Assembly: GCA_013375475.1 (NCBI GenBank) | Contig: JABXKD010000048.1 | Coordinates: 1-28,158 of the forward strand | Direction: 5' to 3' | DNA length: 28,158 bases | DNA from: Promethearchaeota archaeon | GTDB taxonomy: Archaea; Asgardarchaeota; Lokiarchaeia; Sigyniarchaeales; SOKP01 | Shown here: piece by piece, positions 26,868 through 28,158 of the stretch | How the letters are laid out: every line of letters begins with the position of its first letter | Position numbering within the stretch: position 1 is the stretch's first letter | Made by a program: the position numbers and the translations under genes | The notes under the pieces: model-generated | The model's input: only the letters and a program-made list of their open reading frames with translations | Database searches by the model: none | What the model was told of the DNA's origin: nothing

Positions 26868-27980
26868 ATGGAGATTATATTGAACGACGAAGAAAAAAAT
26901 AATCAAGAATTGGATGATCTTAGAAAACAAATAGATGAAATTGATGATGAAATTGTTGATCTCCTGAATAAAAGAGCAAATACCGTAATAAAAATAGGTA
27001 ACTTAAAGAAATCTTTAAATTTAGAAACTTTTCAACCAAAAAGAGAAGAGGAAGTCAAAGAAAGAATTAAAAATAAATCTACAATTTTCAAAAAAAGAAG
27101 CTTGGATGCAATTTGGAACGAAATTATGAGTGCAAGCAAACTCATTCAAGGCACTATTACAAAAGTAGGATATTTGGGTCCTATGGGCACTTTCACGCAT
27201 CAAGCAGCTCTTGAATTCTTTCCCAAAGCGGGTACTCAGTTTATCCCCTGCGATTCAATGGCAGAAATTTTCAGTGGAATTGAAAAAGGTTTGTTAGAAT
27301 TTGGCATAGTCCCTTTTGAAAACAGCCTTCAAGGAACTGTACGAGAAACTCTTGACTTACTCATTGAAAATGATCTGTTTATCTATGGGGAAATTGATGT
27401 AAGAGTGATTCAAAATTTAATATCCTTAAAGAATGCAGAACTTTCAGATATAAAAAATGTTTTTTCACATCCTCAAGCATTTGCTCAAACAAAAATATGG
27501 TTAAAATCGAATTTACCAAATGCTAATATTTCAGAGGTTACTTCTACTGCTGAAGCCGTTCGAAGGATTAGAAAATTAGATGATAAATCGTATGCTGCTA
27601 TAGGGACGGAGTTTGCAGCAAATATTTATGAGTTGAAAGTTCTGAACTCAAATATCGAAGACGAGAAATCCAATTATACGAGATTTTTAATAATTTCTAA
27701 AAAGGAAAACCCCCTAAAAACTGAAAAAATGAAAACTTCTATTGTTTTTATAACTAAACATGTGCCTGGAGCATTATATTGGGTTCTTAAAATATTCTCT
27801 GATGCGAACATAAATTTATCGAAGATCGAATCAAGACCAAGAAGAAAAGGGAAATGGGAATATATTTTCTTTATGGATTTTGAAGCTGATAAAAAGGATC
27901 CTAAAGCAGAAAAAGCGCTTGAACAAATGAAAGCAAATGTAATTTGGCAGAAAATTCTTGGAACTTTCCCTGTTAAATAA
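26868..27980 (+). CDS. pheA: Bifunctional chorismate mutase / prephenate dehydratase with ACT domain
   Basis: LRKQIDEIDDEIVDLLNKRA (AroQ), GYLGPMGTF, VPFENSLQGTV, SHPQA, NYTRF, NLSKIESRP. Confidence 0.96.
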   Translation: MEIILNDEEKNNQELDDLRKQIDEIDDEIVDLLNKRANTVIKIGNLKKSLNLETFQPKREEEVKERIKNKSTIFKKRSLDAIWNEIMSASKLIQGTITKVGYLGPMGTFTHQAALEFFPKAGTQFIPCDSMAEIFSGIEKGLLEFGIVPFENSLQGTVRETLDLLIENDLFIYGEIDVRVIQNLISLKNAELSDIKNVFSHPQAFAQTKIWLKSNLPNANISEVTSTAEAVRRIRKLDDKSYAAIGTEFAANIYELKVLNSNIEDEKSNYTRFLIISKKENPLKTEKMKTSIVFITKHVPGALYWVLKIFSDANINLSKIESRPRRKGKWEYIFFMDFEADKKDPKAEKALEQMKANVIWQKILGTFPVK

Positions 27981-28158
27981 AAATTTTTGACATATCTTGG
28001 TTTACTGGTTCTTTTTACCTATTTAGAATTATTTTAATCGTGTTCTTTTTTAATAAATTAACATTATAATTATTATTCTCATTTTATTTATCTGAATAAT
28101 TTATTGATAATAATCTGGTTTTGCATAAATGCATGGAAATGTAAGGCTTGACGGAAGA

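Noticed and set aside
1415-27203. Other short ORFs in the supplied track overlapping annotated genes (e.g. 1415, 3266, 3810, 5418, 7247, 14815, 14997, 15437, 16201, 17785, 19032, 19530, 19884, 20618, 24083, 25609, 27021)
   Set aside because: They lie antisense to or out of frame within well-supported genes and show no recognisable motifs.
28085-28158. Possible 3' end of a minus-strand gene at the right edge (e.g. FRQALHFHAFMQNQIIINKLFR*)
   Set aside because: All three minus frames are briefly open, so neither frame nor product can be assigned.

Overview
AT-rich, densely coding archaeal fragment, most consistent with an Asgard archaeon of the Lokiarchaeia. This is inferred from the archaeal/eukaryote-type TyrRS and PheRS, DUF1512, archaeal CoaD, a tungsten-type AOR, a long stand-alone 23-aa LRR protein, two SCP2-like proteins and a Vps29-like protein. 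Left to right it holds: a truncated GT60-like glycosyltransferase remnant; hutU-hutH-hutI; a YwbE-family gene; AOR, LRR protein and Fe-ADH with a divergent SCP2-like gene; Vps29-like gene, tyrS, ppdK and a NagD-like HAD; a block of uncharacterised membrane proteins; DUF1512 with a divergent Zn-ribbon membrane protein; coaD; a 360-nt structured intergenic region; and pheS-pheT-pheA. No rRNA, tRNA, CRISPR array or intact mobile element was seen. Best leads: (1) a Phe-rich 29-codon ORF with competing hairpins upstream of pheST-pheA, a possible attenuator; (2) pheT, coaD and possibly the CBS gene appear to start at ATA/ATT behind Shine-Dalgarno motifs; (3) a two-gene membrane unit pairing a CBS-4TM protein with an RGG/Tyr-rich, two-pass, double-zinc-ribbon protein. 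All family assignments come from motif recognition by eye; no searches were run.
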